From assembly GCA_043804515.1 (NCBI GenBank), contig JAZDIZ010000140.1, forward strand, positions 1 through 15,384: 15,384 nt of DNA. Reading direction: 5' to 3'. The translations under genes were made by a program, and so were the position numbers. Source of the stretch: Pseudomonadota bacterium. GTDB lineage: Bacteria; Bdellovibrionota_G; JALEGL01; DATDPG01. Shown here piece by piece: positions 14,784 through 15,384 of the stretch (its first letter is position 1; each line of letters starts with the position of its first letter). The notes under the pieces were generated by a model, which was given only the letters and a program-made list of their open reading frames with translations, ran no database searches and was not told the DNA's origin.

Positions 14784-15384
14784 TCAGCAGTTGTTTAGCG
14801 GGAAGCGAGGCGGCGGTCTATTCGGCCGCTGGAGGCCGCTCGAAAGCAATTCGGATTCGGACTGAAACATCTTTATGGCCAGATACTGATTGTGCATCCG
14901 GCAGAGATGCCGGATGTTCTCCTCGTCCGATGACCCTCCCGAGAAGTAGGAATCCATATGGTCGAACTGGAGAAGATAACGGCTTTCGCATCTCCGTCCG
15001 CTCTTTGGATCCACGTATTCGCACCGGCCTTTGGATCGATCCCGGACGATTTGTTTGACGTCGGCCGGAATGTACCGAGGCGGAGGAATGGGTTCGGTTG
15101 GGAAATCAGCTTGGTTCTTCAACCTTACCGGTAAGGTTAAGGCCTTTTTCCTGTCTTTCCGGCTTGGATCCTTTTGACTCAAGTAGAACTCCAGACAGAC
15201 GGCAAAAAGCTCGGAAACACTGCAGCGGCCCTTGAGATCCCAAAATCGCTCCATGGATTGCCGGGTTTCTTTAGAAATCGGAAACCTCACTTCGCTCATC
15301 TCCGCAGTGATGGACCGGACCGTCTCAGAAGTAAGGGGTTTTTCGGGAGCTTCTTTCAGAAGGACCTTTTCGGTTTCCCGTTTG
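14784..15384 (-). CDS. C-terminal part of an HNH endonuclease domain protein (5' end outside window)
   Basis: RYIPADVKQIVRDRSKGRCEY..GRRC..LQFDH...GG..ENIRHLCRMHN. The frame stays open upstream of Met 15299 to the window edge (KRETEKVLLKEAPEKP...). Confidence 0.88.
   Translation of the reverse strand, partial: KRETEKVLLKEAPEKPLTSETVRSITAEMSEVRFPISKETRQSMERFWDLKGRCSVSELFAVCLEFYLSQKDPSRKDRKKALTLPVRLKNQADFPTEPIPPPRYIPADVKQIVRDRSKGRCEYVDPKSGRRCESRYLLQFDHMDSYFSGGSSDEENIRHLCRMHNQYLAIKMFQSESELLSSGLQRPNRPPPRFPLNNC
15121..15138. repeat. Perfect 18-bp palindrome inside the HNH gene
   Basis: AACCTTACCGGTAAGGTT equals its own reverse complement. Confidence 0.9.

Noticed and set aside
1..15384. CRISPR array, tRNA/rRNA, intact transposase or integrase
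   Set aside because: No regularly spaced repeats, cloverleaf or rRNA signatures, or DDE/tyrosine/serine recombinase motifs were seen.

Overview
GC-rich bacterial chromosomal window. The gene content is loosely suggestive of a deltaproteobacterial or Bdellovibrionota-like diderm; this is inference only. From left to right it contains: the 3' end of a YifB/ComM AAA+ gene (absent from the ORF track); an orphan ABC substrate-binding protein; a hairpin-rich convergent intergenic region; a SAM methyltransferase (-); an overlapping BNR-propeller / long-form ispG / RsmB-family operon; an AT-rich regulatory region with a sigma54-like promoter; a large FN3/Ig-like lipoprotein ending in an FrpC-type self-processing-module (SPM)-like domain; two hypothetical envelope proteins; ampG; a LOG-family gene coupled to a probable outer-membrane beta-barrel; and the 3' part of an HNH endonuclease gene (-). 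No rRNA, tRNA, CRISPR array or intact transposase was seen. The best leads are: (1) the lipoprotein whose SPM-like domain has Ser-Pro where FrpC has its scissile Asp-Pro; (2) the HNH gene with a perfect 18-bp palindrome in its linker and structured downstream DNA; (3) a shared TAG-NN-CGGATWATTCAC..GAGGGTCG element at both convergent gene junctions; (4) a 30-aa peptide with 7 Phe upstream of the binding-protein gene. None is proven novel without database searches.
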